A stretch of 64,000 nt of DNA from the human T2T-CHM13v2.0 reference genome, Homo sapiens. The notes under the pieces were generated by a model that saw only the letters and a list, made by a program, of their open reading frames with translations, did no database searches and was not told where the DNA came from. Location: assembly GCF_009914755.1 (NCBI RefSeq), contig NC_060926.1, one strand, 5' to 3'. The position numbers and the translations under genes are program-made. Below, piece by piece: positions 30,647-46,495 of the stretch. The first letter of the stretch is position 1, and every line of letters starts with the position of its first letter.

Positions 30647-30710
<64 letters not shown>

Positions 30711-32492
30711 TGTTTTTATTATTATACTTTAAGTTCTGGGATACATGTGCAGAACATGCAGGCTTGTCACATAGGTATACACGTGCCATGGTGACTTGCT
30801 GCACCCAACAACCCGTCATCTACATTAGATATTTCTCCTAATGCTATCCCTCCCCTAGCCCTTCACCTCCTGACAGGCCCTGGTGTGTCATGTTCCCCTC
30901 CCCGTGTCTGTGTGTTCTCATTGTTCAATTCCCACTTATGAGTGAGAACATGTGGTGTTTAGTTTTCTGTTCCTGTGTTAGTTTGCTGAGAATGATGATT
31001 TCTAGCTTCATCCACGTCCTTGCAAAAGATATAAACACATCCTTTTTATGGCTGCATAGTATTCCATGCTGTATATGTGCCACATTTTCTTAATCCAGTC
31101 TATCATTGATGGGCATTTGGGTTGGTTCCAAGTCTTTGCTATTTGTGAATAGTGCTGCAATAAACATACATGTGCATGTGTCTTTATAGTAGAATGATTT
31201 ATAATCCTTTGGGTATATACCCAGTAATGGGATTGCTGGGTCAAATGGTATTTCTTGTTCTAGATCCTTGAGGAATTGCCACACTGTCTTCCACAATGGT
31301 TGAACTAATTTATACTCCCATTAACAATGTAAAACCATTCCTGTTTCTCCACATCCTCTCCAGCATCTATTGATTCCTGACATTTTAATGATTGCCATTC
31401 TAACTGGTGTGAGATGGTATCTCATTATTGTTTTGATTTGCATTTTTCTAATGACCAGTGTTGATGAGCTTATTTTCATGTTTCTTGGCCACATAAATGT
31501 CTTCTTTTGAGAAGTGTCTGTTCATCTCCTTTGACCACTTTTTGTTGGGGTTGTTTGATTTTTTTTTTCTGATAAATTTGTGAAGTTCTTTGTAGATTCT
31601 GGATATTAGTCCTTTGTCAGATGGATAGATTGCAAAAATTTTCTGAAAATGGGATTTTCTTTTCTATCACATTGTCAGGCTGCAAATTTTCCAAACTTTT
31701 ATGCTCTGCTTCCCTTATAAAATGGAATGCTTTTAACAGAACCCAAGTCAACTCTTGAATGCTTTGCTGCTTAGAAATTTCTTCTGCCAGATACCCTTAA
31801 TCATCTCTCTCAAGTTCAAAGTTCCACATATCTCTAGGGCAGGGGCAAAATGCTGTCAGTCTCTTAGCTAAAACATAACAAGCATCACTTTTGCTCCAGT
31901 TCCCAACAATTTCCTCATTTCCATCTGAGACCACGTCAGCCTGGACCTTATTGTTCATATAATTATCAGCATTTTTGTCAAAGCCATTCAACAAATATCT
32001 TGGAAATTCAAAATTTTCCCAAGTTTTCCTGTCTTCTTCTGAGCCCTCAAAACTGTTCCAACCTCTGCCTGTTACCCAGTTCCAAAGTCGCTTCCACTTA
32101 TTCAGATATCTTTTCAGGATTGCCCTACTCTACTAGAACCAATTTACTGCATTAGTTTGTTTTCAGGCTGCTGATGAATACATACTTGAGACTGGGCAAT
32201 TTATAAAAGAAAGAGTTTTATTGGACTTACAGTTCCACATGTCTGGGCAGGCCTCACAATCATGGTGGAAGGTGAAAGGCACGTCTCACATGGTGGCAGA
32301 CAAGACAAGAGAGCTTGTGCAGGAATACTCCCCCTTATAATAACCATCCAATCTCATGAGACTTTATCACTGTCATGAGAATAGCAGAGGAAAGATCTGA
32401 CCCCATGACTCAATTACTTCCCACTTGGTCCCTTCCACAACACTTGGAAATTCAAGATGAGATTTGGGTGGGGACACAGCCAAATCATATCA
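29193..32492 (-). mobile_element. Complete THE1A-like MaLR provirus: LTRs at 29193..29537 and 32148..32492 plus internal region
   Basis: Two 345-bp direct repeats with TG...CA ends; MaLR internal peptides (LLNGFD...LAKRL...WNFELERDD type); TSD gtctg/ggctg. Confidence 0.92.
30625..31644 (-). mobile_element. 5'-truncated L1PA7-like (~1 kb) inside the THE1A internal region
   Basis: 3' UTR tatactttaagttctgggatacatgtgcagaac; TSD gaaaatg(a/g)gattttct at 30609..30624 / 31645..31660; tail converted to (TTTTC)n(TTTC)n. Confidence 0.9.
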
Positions 32493-35400
32493 GGCTGAAT
32501 AGTATTCCATTGTGTATATGTACCATGTTTTCTTTATCCATTCATCTATTGATGGACACTTAGGTTACTTCCAAATCTTGGCTGTTGTGAGTAGTGCTGC
32601 AAGAAACATGGGAGTGCAGATGTCTCTTTGACATACTGATTTCTATTCTTTTGGATATATACTTAGTTGTGGGATTATTGGAACATATAGTACCTCTATT
32701 TTTAGTTTTTTGAGAAATCTCCAAAGTGTTCTCCATAATGGTTTTACTAATTAACACTCCCACCAACTGTCTATGAGGGTTCATTTTTTTCCATATCCAC
32801 GCCAGCCTTTGTTATTGCCTGTCTTTTTAATTGGGAAAAGCCATTTTAATTTTGATGAGATGATATTTATTGTAGTTTTGATTTGCATTTCTTTGATGAT
32901 CAATGATGTTGGACACCTTTTCATATACCTGTTTGCAATTTGTATGTCTTCTTATGATAAATATCTGTTCAGATAGTTGCCCATTTTTAAGTCAGGTTAT
33001 TATATTTTTTACTATAGAGTTGTTTGAGCTCCTTATATATTCAGGTTTTAAATCCCTTGTTAGGTGGATAGTTTGCAAATATTTTATTCCATTTTGTAGG
33101 TTGTCTCTTCACTTTGTTTATTGTTTCCTTTGCTGTTTAGGAACTTTTAAACTTGATATAATCCCATGTGTCCATTTTTGCTTTAGTTGCCTGTGCTTCT
33201 GGGGTATTACTCAATAAATCTTTGCCCAGTCCGATGTCCTGGAGAGTTTCCCCAATGTTTAATTTTAGCGGTTTCATGATTTGAGGTCTTAGATTTAAGT
33301 CATTAATCCATTTTGATTTGATTTTTGTATATGCCAAGAGATAGGGATCTAATTTCATTCTTCTGCATATGGATATCCCATTTTCCAAGCACCTTTTATT
33401 GAAGAGACTGTCTTTTCCCAAATGTATGTTCTTGGAACTTTTGTTGAAGAGGATTTTACTTTAGATATATGAATTTGTTTCTAGGTTCTCTGTTCTGTTC
33501 CATTGGTCTATGTGTCTGTTTTTATGCCAGTGCTATGCTGTTTGTGTTACTATACCTCTGCAATATCATTTGAGGTCAAGTAATATGATTCCTCCAGTTT
33601 TGTTCTTTTGCTTGAGATAGCTTTAGCTATTCTAGGACTTTGTGGTTCCATATAAATTTTAGAATTGTTTTTCTATTCCTGTGAAGAATGTCATTGGTAT
33701 TTTGATAAAGGTTGCATTGAATCTGGATATTGCTTTGGGGAATATGGAAATCTTAACATTATTGATCCTTCCAATCCATGAACATGGAATATTTTTCAAT
33801 TTTTGTTGTCTTCAATTACTTTCATCAGTATTTTACAGTTTTCATTATAGAGATCCTTAATTCTTTGCTTAATTCCTAGGTATTTTATTTTATTTGTAGC
33901 TATTATAAATAGGATTACTTTCTTATTTTTCAGATTGTTTGCTATTGGCATATAGAAATGCTACTGATTTTTGTATGTTCATTTTGTATCCTGCAACTTT
34001 ACTGAATTTATCAGTTTTAATAGTTTTTGGTGGAGTTTTTAAGGTTTTCCAAATGCAGGGTCATATCATCTGAAAACAAGGATAATTGAATTTCTTCCTT
34101 TCCAGTTGGATGCCTTTTATTTAGTTCTCTTGTTTAATTGCTCTAGCTAGGACTTCCAGGACTATGTTGAATAACAGCGGTGACAGTGGGCCACCTTGTC
34201 ATGTTCCAGATCTTTAGAGGAAAAGCTTTTAGATTGTCCCCATTCAGTATGACACTAGCTGTGGGTCTGTTGTATACGGCTTTTCTTATGTTGAAGTATG
34301 TTCCTTCTACACCCAGTTTTTTGAGTTTTTTAAATCATTAAGGAATGTTGAATTTTATCAAATGCTTTTTCTGCATCAATTGAAATGATCATATGATTTT
34401 TATCCTCCATTCTTTTGATATGATATATCACATTAATTGATTTGCATATGTTGAGCCATCTTTGCCTCAATGGGATAAATCCCACTTGGGCATGATGAAT
34501 GATCTTTTTAATGTGTTGTTCAATTCAGTTTGCTAGTATTTTGTTGAGGATTTTTGCATCAATATTCATTAGAAATATTGGCTTATAGTTTTCTTTTTTT
34601 GATGCATCTTTGGTTTGATATCAGGATAAGACTGGCCTCATTAAATGGTTTTGGGAGTATTCTTTTCTCCTTTATTTTTCAGAATAGTTTGAGTGGAATT
34701 GGTATTAGTTCTTCTTTAAATGTTTGGTAGAATTCAGCAATAAAGCCATCAGGTCACAGGCTTTTCTTTGTTGGAAAAATTTGTGTTATGGCTTTGATCT
34801 TATTACTTGCAATTCGTCTGTTCAGTTTTTGAATTTCTTCATGGTTCAATCTTGGTAGGTTGTATGTGTCTAGGAATTTATTCACTTCTAGATTTTCCAA
34901 TTTATTGGTCTATTGTTGCTCATAGTAACCACTAATAATCATTTGAATTTCTGCATTGTTGGTTGTAATATCTTCTTTATCATATCTGATTTTATTTATT
35001 TGGGTCATCTCTTTTTCTTTGTCTAGCTAAACAAAATTGACACACCTTTATCTTTTTAAAAAAACCAACTTTCTGTTTCATTGATCTTTTTGCATTGCTT
35101 TGTTTGAATTTCACTTATTCCTTCTCTGATCTTTATTATTTTTTTTCTGTTACTAATTTTGGGTTTGGTCTACTCTTCCTTTTCTAGTTCTTTAAGACAC
35201 ATCTTTAGGTAATTTATTTGAAGTTTTTCTTTTTCTTTGATGTAGGTGCTTATAGCTAAAAACTTCTGTTTTATGACTGTTTTCACTGTATCCCAAAAGT
35301 ATTGGTATGTTCTTTCCATTTTCATTTGTTTTAAGAAATTTTCCAATTTTCTTCTTAATTTCTTCTTGGACCCACTGGTCATTCAGGAGCATGTTGTTTA

Positions 35401-38400
35401 ATTTCCATATGTTTGTATAGTTTCCAAAGTTCCTCTTTTTATTGATTTCTTGTTTTACTCCATTGTGGAAATTGTGGTCAGAGAAAATGCTAGATATTAT
35501 TTCAATTTTTTTAACACTTAAGACATGTTTTGTGACCTATCATATGGTTTGTCCTTGAGAATGTTCCATGTGCTGAGGAGAAAAATGTGTATTTTTCACC
35601 TGTTGTATAAAATGTTCTATAAATATCTATGAGGTCTATTTGTTCTATAGTTCAGATTAAGTCCGATGTTTGTTGACTTTCCGTCTGGGAGATCTGTCCA
35701 AGGCTGAATGTTGTGTGTTGAATTCTCCAGCTATTATTGTATTAGGGCCTGTCTCTCTCTTTAGCTCTAATAATATTTGCTTTAGATATCTGAATGCTCC
35801 AGGATTAGGTGCATATGTATTTACAATTGTTATATCCTCTTGCTAAATTGACCCTTTCATCATTGTATAGTGACCTTCTTTGTCTCTTCTTATAGTTTTT
35901 GTCTTGAAATCTATATTTTCTGATATAAGTCCTGGAAATAAGTTCCTGATATAAGTATATGGCTATTTCTGTTTTTCTTTGGTTTCCATTGGCATGGAAT
36001 ATCTTTTTCCATGCCTTTATTTTCAGTCTATGTGTATCTTTATAGGTGAAATGTGTTTCTTATAGAAAGCAGATGATTGGGTGTTTTTTTTTTTTATCCA
36101 TTGAGCCACTCTGTGTTTTGATTGGAGAGTTTAATCCATTTATGTTCAATGTTATTGTTCATAAATAGGGACTTACTCCTGCCATTTTGTTATTCATTTT
36201 CTGGTCTTCTTTCTTCCTGTCTTCCTTTTAGTAAAGGTAATTTTCTCGTGGTAGGATTAAATTTCTTGCTTTTTTGTGTGTGTGTATTTGTTGTATGATG
36301 TTTAATTTGAGTTACCATGAGGTTTGTAAATACTGTGTTAGAACCCATTATTTTAAACTGATGACAAAACTAATTGGATAAATGAACACTGAAAAAAGAA
36401 AACTTTCTGAAAAAGAAAACTAATAAAAACTTTACACTTTAACTTCGTCTCCTATTTTTTAACATTTCGTTGTTTCTCTTTATGTCTTGTTGTACCGTCT
36501 ATGTCTTGAAAAGTTGTGGTTATTATTTTTGATGGGTTCATTATTTAGCCTTTCTACTTAAGATATGAGTAGTTTATATACCACAATTACAGAGTTATAA
36601 TATTCTGTGTTTTTCTATGTGCTTACTATTACCAGTTAGTTTTTTACCTTCATGTGATTTCTTCTTGCTTGTTAATATTCTTTTCTTTTTGATTGAAGTA
36701 GTTACTTTAGCATTTCTTGTAGGACAGGTCTGGTATTGGTGAAATCCCTCAGCTCTTGTTTATCAGGGAAGGTTTTTATTTCTTCTTCATGCTTGAAGGA
36801 TATTTTTGCTAGACATACTATTCTAGGGTAAAAGTTATTTTTTTTCCTTCAGCACTTTAAATATGTCATGCTACTCTTTTTTGGCCTATAAGATTTCAAC
36901 TGAAACATCTGCTGCCAGACTTATTGGAGCTTCATCGTATGTTATCTGTCTCTTTTCTCTTGCTGCTTTTAGAATCCTTTCTTTATCCTTGACCTTTGGA
37001 AGTTCGCTTTTAAATGCCATGAGGTAGTTTTCTTTGGGTTAAATCTGCTTGATGTTCTATAACCCTGTATCTGAATGTTGATATCCTTCTCTATGTTTGG
37101 GAAGTTCTCGGACATTTTCCCTTTGAATAAACTTTTTACCCTTATCTCTTTCTCTACGTCCTCTTTAAGGCCAATCACTCTTAGATTCGCCCTTTTGAGG
37201 CCATTTTATACATTTTATAGGCATGCTTCATTGTTTTTTATTCTTTTATTTTGTCTCCTCTGACCATGTCTTTTCAAATAGCCTGTATTTGAGCTCACTA
37301 ATTCTTCTGCTTGATCAATTCTGCTATTAAGTGACTCTGATACATTCTTCAGTATGTCAATTGCATTTTCAACTCCAAAATAGCTACTTGATTTTTCTTA
37401 ATTTTTTCAATCTCTTTGTTAAATGCATCTGATAGAGTTCTGAATTTTTTCTCTGTGTTATCTTGAATTTCTTTGAGTTTCCTCAAAACAGCTATTTTGA
37501 ATTCTCTCTCTGAAAAGTCAAATATCTGTGTTTCTCCAGGATTAGTCTCTGGTTCCTTATTTAGTTTGTTTGGTGAAGTTACATTTTTTTCTGGATGGTC
37601 TTTCTCCTGTCGATATCTGTTGGTGTCTGGGGATTGAAGAGTTATGTATTTATTGTAGTCTTTGCAGTCCGGGCTTGTTTGTGCCTGTCCTTATTGGAAA
37701 GACTTTCTAGGTATTTGAAGGGATTTGGACATTGTTATCTAAGCCCTACTCGTGTTAGGGAGCACCCTAAGCCCAATGATGCTGTCATTCTTACAGACTC
37801 ATAGATGTACTGCCTTGGTGGTCTTGGATAAGATCTGGAATAATTCTGTAGATTACCCAGCTCTCGTTCTCTTTCCTTACTTTCTCTCAAACAAATGAAG
37901 TCTATATCTCTGTTCTGAGCCATCTGGAGCTGGGTATGGGGTGACACAAACACCCCTGTGGCCACCACCGCTGGGACTGCACTGGATCAGACCTGAACCC
38001 AGCAGAGAATTGAGTCTCTCCTAGGGCCCATTGTAACCACTACCTAGCTACCACCTATGTTCACTCAAGACTCTAAAGCTCTACAATCAGCAGTTGCTGA
38101 AGCCAGCCATGTTTGCGTCCTTCCCTTCAGGGCGACAAGTTCCGCTGGGCCCCATGTGAATCAAGAGATGCCACACGGGAGCCAAAAACTGGAGTCAAAA
38201 ATCTTAGAAATCTACCTGATGCTCTATTCTACTGTTGCTAAGCTGGCACTCAAACCATGAGAGAATGTCCTTTCCATTCTTCCCTTTCCTTCCCACAAGC
38301 AGAGGAGCCTCTCCACATGGTTACCACAACCACAGATCCACATGGTGGGTACTGTCAGGCTACTGCCGATATTCACTTAAGGACCCAGGTCTCTTCAGTC

Positions 38401-40751
38401 AGCTTGTAGTGAATGTTGCTAGGCCTTGGATTTACCCTTCAGGGCAGTGGGCTCCCTTCTGGCCCAGGGTAAGTCCAGAAATGCCATCCAAGAACTAAGG
38501 CCCAGAATCAGGGACCCCAGTGGTTCACTTGGTACTCTGCCCAACTGTGGCCAAGCTGGCACCTAAAATGAAAGACTAAGTCCCCTTTACTTTTCTGTCT
38601 GGTTTTCTCAAGCAGAAGGAGTCTCTCCCTGTAGCCATCACAGCTGTGAATGTACTGGGTTCCACCTGAAGACAACATATCTCAAAGTATCACCCCAGGC
38701 TGACCTGTTCTACCTGCACATTGCTGCTAGCTCTTCAGGGCCTGCAAGCTCTTTAATCAGCAGGTGATAAATCCTTCCAGGACTGGGTCCTTCGTTCAAA
38801 GCAGTGGGTTTTCTTCAGGCCCAGAGTGTGTCTAGAAAGGTCATATGGGAACTGGGGCCTAGAAGGGGGTCTCACAACTTTGCCTGGTGCCCTATCCTAT
38901 TGTGGCTAAGCGGGTGTCCACAAAGCTAGAAAAAAGTCCTCTTTACTCTTCCCTCTCCTCCCCTCCCACACAAGGAAGGAATCCCTTTTGTTGCCGTAAG
39001 CTGCACTGCCAAGCAAACCATTAGGTTTCCTGATTCTGGACCTTAGTTCTTGAATGGCATTTCTGGACCTACCCTGGGCCCACTGGGTAGCCCACTGCCC
39101 TGAAGGGTGAGTCCCAGGCCTAGCAATTTACTCCACTATTTAATTACATGGCATAAGCACCCCCTTGGACACCCCGGCTTGTGTCTGTCTCACTAGATCA
39201 TGTGCCCTGCAAATCCACTGGCTTTGAGCCCAGGACAGCACTAACACTTGCTTAGAAATTGCAGTCCTTGTGGACTACACTGTCTTTCAAGTTTATTAAG
39301 GACTCAAGAGCACGTTAGTCTGTAATGGTGAGGCTTGTGGGATCTCAAGTTCTGACTTCTGGGATGGATGATTCCCTATGGCTAGGGCTGGTCTAAATGC
39401 GCCCTCTGGGCATCAGCCGAGTTTAGCCTGGTTTTGCTTTCCTCTGTGATAGGACAGCACTGAGTTCAATGAAGGAACCCACAATCACTATACTCTCCTT
39501 CTGCCAAGTCCACGGATTCTTCATGCCATGTGGCCACTGCTGGGGGATGGGGAAGAAGTGGCATCAGCAATTCAACACTGTCTTTCCCACCCTCTTCAGT
39601 GCCTCCTTCAGTGATATGAAGTTAAAACCAGGTGCTATCATTGCTCACCTGATTTTTAGTTCTTATGAAGGTGCTATTTTGTGTGTAGACAGTTGTTACA
39701 TTTGTTGTTCCCGTGGGGTTGGGGTGGTGATGATTCTATTTAGCCATCTTGCTCCACCCTCAAGCTGTATATTCTTGAAGGTCTTCCTGTTCTTTATATC
39801 CCTACTATATTTCCTGAAGCTCACTACATGAAATACATATGCATTGAAGTTGGCCCTCATTTATTTAAAAAGAAAGTTGCAAGAACTAATGTTAAGTCTA
39901 CTAATTAGAGATACATTAGCTAATAATAGTTCATTCTTACAAACTAATTTTTACCATTATATACCAACTTAAACATGTTACTAGTAATTACTTACCCCAC
40001 TGGAGCAGTTTTTGAACTGAGGAGATGTTGTCTGTGGAAAATTTTTATCTGGAGAAATATTTAACATTATTTGTGACATTTCCCACTCCTGTAAGCACAA
40101 TAAAAGCCACATTTTATTCATACTTTTAAAATATGGAACATAGTTATTTTCCCTTAACTCTTATAGTCAAGAGGTCCAGAGGTCATCATACTAGATACGC
40201 AAAATTCTTTCTGATTCTTAATCTTCTAGAACTCCCTGAGATAAGCATGACATGTGGATATACTTTTATTAATACTCAAATTGTAACCAAATATAAGTAT
40301 TTACAATAAAAATGTCTGTGTATTAAGCAATGTACCCCACTATCCAATTACATAATGCTATGTGTCTCTGGAGAGTTGGAGGTTTACTGGGGATGTCAAG
40401 TGTCCTGAAACTCTAAAATTATGCTCGGTGGGAGCAAACGAAGAATGCAGACAGAAGTAAATGAAAGTAGATTTTATAGCCATATTCTGTAGGAACATTG
40501 AGAGGAAAAAAAACTTGAAGACATCTGATAAGGAAGGGAATAAACCAGTGCTACCACGAGAATCCACAATTGACAAGAAAAAGGTTCTACATTGGGAAAT
40601 GCTTCTGAAAACATTTATTTCAAACCTACTAACTTTTCATTCTAAGGGACAACTTTGAGCCAACTTGTTTGGTTACCTTGAAATAATCTGATAAAAAAGG
40701 CACTGAATGGTTTTTGTAATAAAAGTAAAATTTCTCAGAATGCAGCAATTT

Positions 40752-41041
40752 TTTTTTTTTTGAGGCAGGGTCTTGCTCATTGCCCAGGCTGGAGTGCAAT
40801 GGCATGATCTCAGCTCACTGCAACCTCTACCTCCTGGGTCAAGCGATCCTCCTGCCTCAGCTCCCCAAGTAGCTGGGACTATAGGCATGCACTACCACAG
40901 TGGCTAATTTTTGTATTTTTTAGTAGAGACAGGGTTTTGTCATTCTGGCCAGGCTGGTCTCAAACTCCTGGCCTCAAGTGATCCATCCACTTGGGCCTCC
41001 CAAAGTGCCAAGATTACAGGTGTGAGCCACCATGCCCAGCC
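40752..41041 (-). mobile_element. Alu (Jb/S)
   Basis: TSD agaatgcagc(a/t)attt at 40737 and 41042. Confidence 0.93.
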
Positions 41042-41144
41042 AGAATGCAGCTATTTGAAATAGTTTTCTCTACTTCCAAGAATGAGACACAAAACCTATT
41101 TCCTAGTTTATAGATGTGCTTTATCTTGTCTCTACTTAACATTT

Positions 41145-41280
41145 TAAAATTTGTATTGTAATTATCCATTTACGTATCTGTTTCCAACTCTAAACAGTGA
41201 ACTCCTATAGAACAAAATTTATATTAATTGAATATAGTGTTTGGTGTTAGTAAGTGCTCAGTTAAATGCTTTTTGAAAGC
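41145..41280 (+). mobile_element. L2 3' end
   Basis: ttgtaattatccatttacgtatctg...gtaagtgctcagttaaatgctttttgaa. Confidence 0.55.
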
Positions 41281-41339
41281 CTGAGTGTGTCAAGCAAAGC
41301 TCGTATGATTCTAGATGGAACAAATGAATACTTGATGGA

Positions 41340-42790
<1,451 letters not shown>

Positions 42791-43013
42791 TGTGTGCAAT
42801 GGAGAGCAGCTGAATAATATTACAGAAAATTAAAGTAATAGAAGACTCAGGCTATTATCCATTATAGATATGACTACAGCCCATGCAGTCACACAGCACT
42901 GGCCCAAAATATTATGATTTTCCAATTCCCATAACGGGTCTTACTTTTCATATTTCTTTCCCAACTCACATTTAACAGATAATAATGGTTTATTTTAGAA
43001 AATAGAAGAAACC

Positions 43014-43453
43014 TGTGACAGCTACTTTAGTGACCCCTAGTGAATTTCACCTTCTGGTATCCTAGTATAGTCTCTTCCACGTCCACTCTGGCTTTGGCCA
43101 TATGATTTGCTTGGCCAATGGGAAATTAGCAAATATGAAGCAAACAGAGGCATGATAAATACTTGCATATCAGGTGTGAGCCTTGGAAATGTTTGCTCTT
43201 GGAAGCCATTGCCATGCTGTAAAGATAGACTGTTGAATCCCATAAGACTACATGAAGTGAGATGCTAGAGGTTGGAAGACCTCTTCCAATCAAACTTCCA
43301 GTTGAATGTAGTAGCATGAGAGACTTCAGCTATACCACATGGAGCAGAACTTCCCAGATGAACTGAGACAAACCCCAAGGCAGTGAGAAATAATAATTCA
43401 TTGTTGAGCCATAAAGTTATGGGGTGGTTTGTTACATAGCAGAAAAGTGACAC
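43014..43453 (+). mobile_element. MLT1 (F/G/H-like) solo LTR
   Basis: ggccatatgatttgcttggccaatggg; 3' end ggggtggtttgttacatagcag. Confidence 0.75.
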
Positions 43454-43679
43454 TGTAATGTCTATCCTTTGTAGGCTCTTTTGTTCTTTTTTTAAGAAGA
43501 GATCAACCCATCAAAATAAATTTAGATGTTTATTATGTACAGGCCAGTATATTAAGGCCTAAGAGGTTGATAAAAAAGGTATTGGACACTGGTCTTGGCC
43601 TCAAACATTTTATTTGAAAGGTTGAGGCATATACACAGTAGTTGCAACATCTTTCTTCCATTATGTGGGCATTAATTGC

Positions 43680-44086
<407 letters not shown>

Positions 44087-44253
44087 TAGACCATGCCCAG
44101 TCATAAATATAAAAACGATACATGATACTTGCCACTTGAACACATAGAATTTCATATAAAGAATGAAGTCAACAAATATAGAAGGACTAAAAAAGCAAAA
44201 AGGAGACACAGAGGTAACTCAGGAATAATAACTTCATGAAGAGACTACCATCC

Positions 44254-44918
44254 TGTGATGGACTGACTGTTTATGTACCACCAAATTCATATGATGAATT
44301 CGTCATCCACAATGTGATGATATTTGGAGATGAGGCCTTTGGGAGGTGATCAGGCCATGAGGATAGAGCTCTCATAAATCAGATTGGTGCTTTTATAAGA
44401 AGGGAGAGCTTTCTCTCTCTTTCTCTCTCTCTCTCTCTGCTCTCTACTGTGTGAGGATACAAACCAGGAAGAGACCCTGACCAGAACTGACCATGCTGGA
44501 ACCCTGATTTCAGGCCTCCAACTTCCAGAATTGTGAGAAACAAGGTTTTGTTTGTTTGTTTTTGTTTTTTGAGACACAGTCTCGCTCTGTTGCCCAGGCT
44601 GGAGTGCAGTGGCGTGATCTCGGCTCACGGCAACCTCTGCCTTGCAGATTCAAGTGATTCTTCCTCAGCCTCCCGAGTAGCTGGGACTACAGGCACCTGC
44701 CACCACACCTGACTAATTTTTGTATTTTCAGTAGAGACAGGATTTCACCATATTGGCCAGGTTGGTCTCCAACTCCTGACCTCGTGATCCACCTGCCTCG
44801 GCCTCCCAAAGTGCTAAGATTACAGGCGTGAGCCACCACCGTGCCCAGCCAACTTTTTGTTTTTATCAGCCACCAAGGCTATGGTACTTTGTTATAGCAG
44901 CCAACACAGACCAGGACA
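44254..44918 (+). mobile_element. MLT1A-like solo LTR interrupted by AluS
   Basis: Starts tgtgatggactga...ccaaattcatatg; ends gttatagcagcc...ggaca; flanks catcc/tatcc. Confidence 0.8.
44545..44850 (-). mobile_element. AluS
   Basis: Full dimer with (TTTG) tail. Confidence 0.93.
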
Positions 44919-45617
44919 TATCCCTGGCAGCGAAGGAAAGAGACTATCAAACTCCAGAAGCTTGCAGGAAGGGCCCTAACAGCAAGGCTTGTGGAGCTCT
45001 GACGGGACGTCCCTGCCTGGCGGCGGCTGCTAATTCTGAAACATAAAGAAGCTGGTTCTAGGATCACTAGAAGAACCTGGAAACTGGAACCAAATGCTAC
45101 CACTATAGTGAAAACAAGTAGTAAACCAGGAAGAAACAAGTTCCCCCTAGTTCCCCCTCTCTCTTCTGAGTATTCTACTTTCCTCTAGGGCCTCTTCCTC
45201 CTCTAACAGGGAGCACCTGGCACAGAATAAACAAGGTTGCAGAGTCCCAACTCCAGAATCACAGGGCTGAACATGGAAGGATGAGATGGAAGCTGAGGAG
45301 CAAAAGCTGAATAACCAGCACAGTTTTTTAATAACCATCTTTGCCATTTTTCTCTTCAGTGGTACAAGGGAGAAAGAGAGGAAGAAAGGTTAGCACAGCC
45401 AAATGGAAGCTGACTTTATATGTCTTAATCATTTGCATTGAAAATATGTGATTACAATAGCTTCAGAGAAGGATCGGACAAGTGTTCTTTATTTTTTGTT
45501 TTCATGAACATAACCACTGTTTTAAAGGTGCTGATATCAAAAAGTATATGTGCTTTCCATTTCTGGCTTAGGATGACCTGGAGAAGTATATCAACTTTTA
45601 TCAAGAATTCAAAAAGA

Positions 45618-45930
<313 letters not shown>

Positions 45931-46149
45931 TTAGTTAACCCATAATGATTTGGTCCCTTACATTCATTACTAATCCTTTTACATACCAGTATTTTCATTT
46001 TTCAGTGGCAATAACAGCAGCTAAACAATATATATTCTAAAGTAATCCAAGGTGTTGTTATTGTTGTTGTTTTTTTTTTTTTGCTTCTTTTCTCCTATGG
46101 CCTTAGTATAAACTATTTATTTGTATTACAGAAAAATTTCCCAATCTAA

Positions 46150-46483
<334 letters not shown>

Positions 46484-46495
46484 TACATTTATCTT

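Noticed and set aside
44925-45322. Possible old LTR fragment ending gaataaccagcaca
   Set aside because: Only a faint terminal resemblance; cannot assign or bound it reliably.
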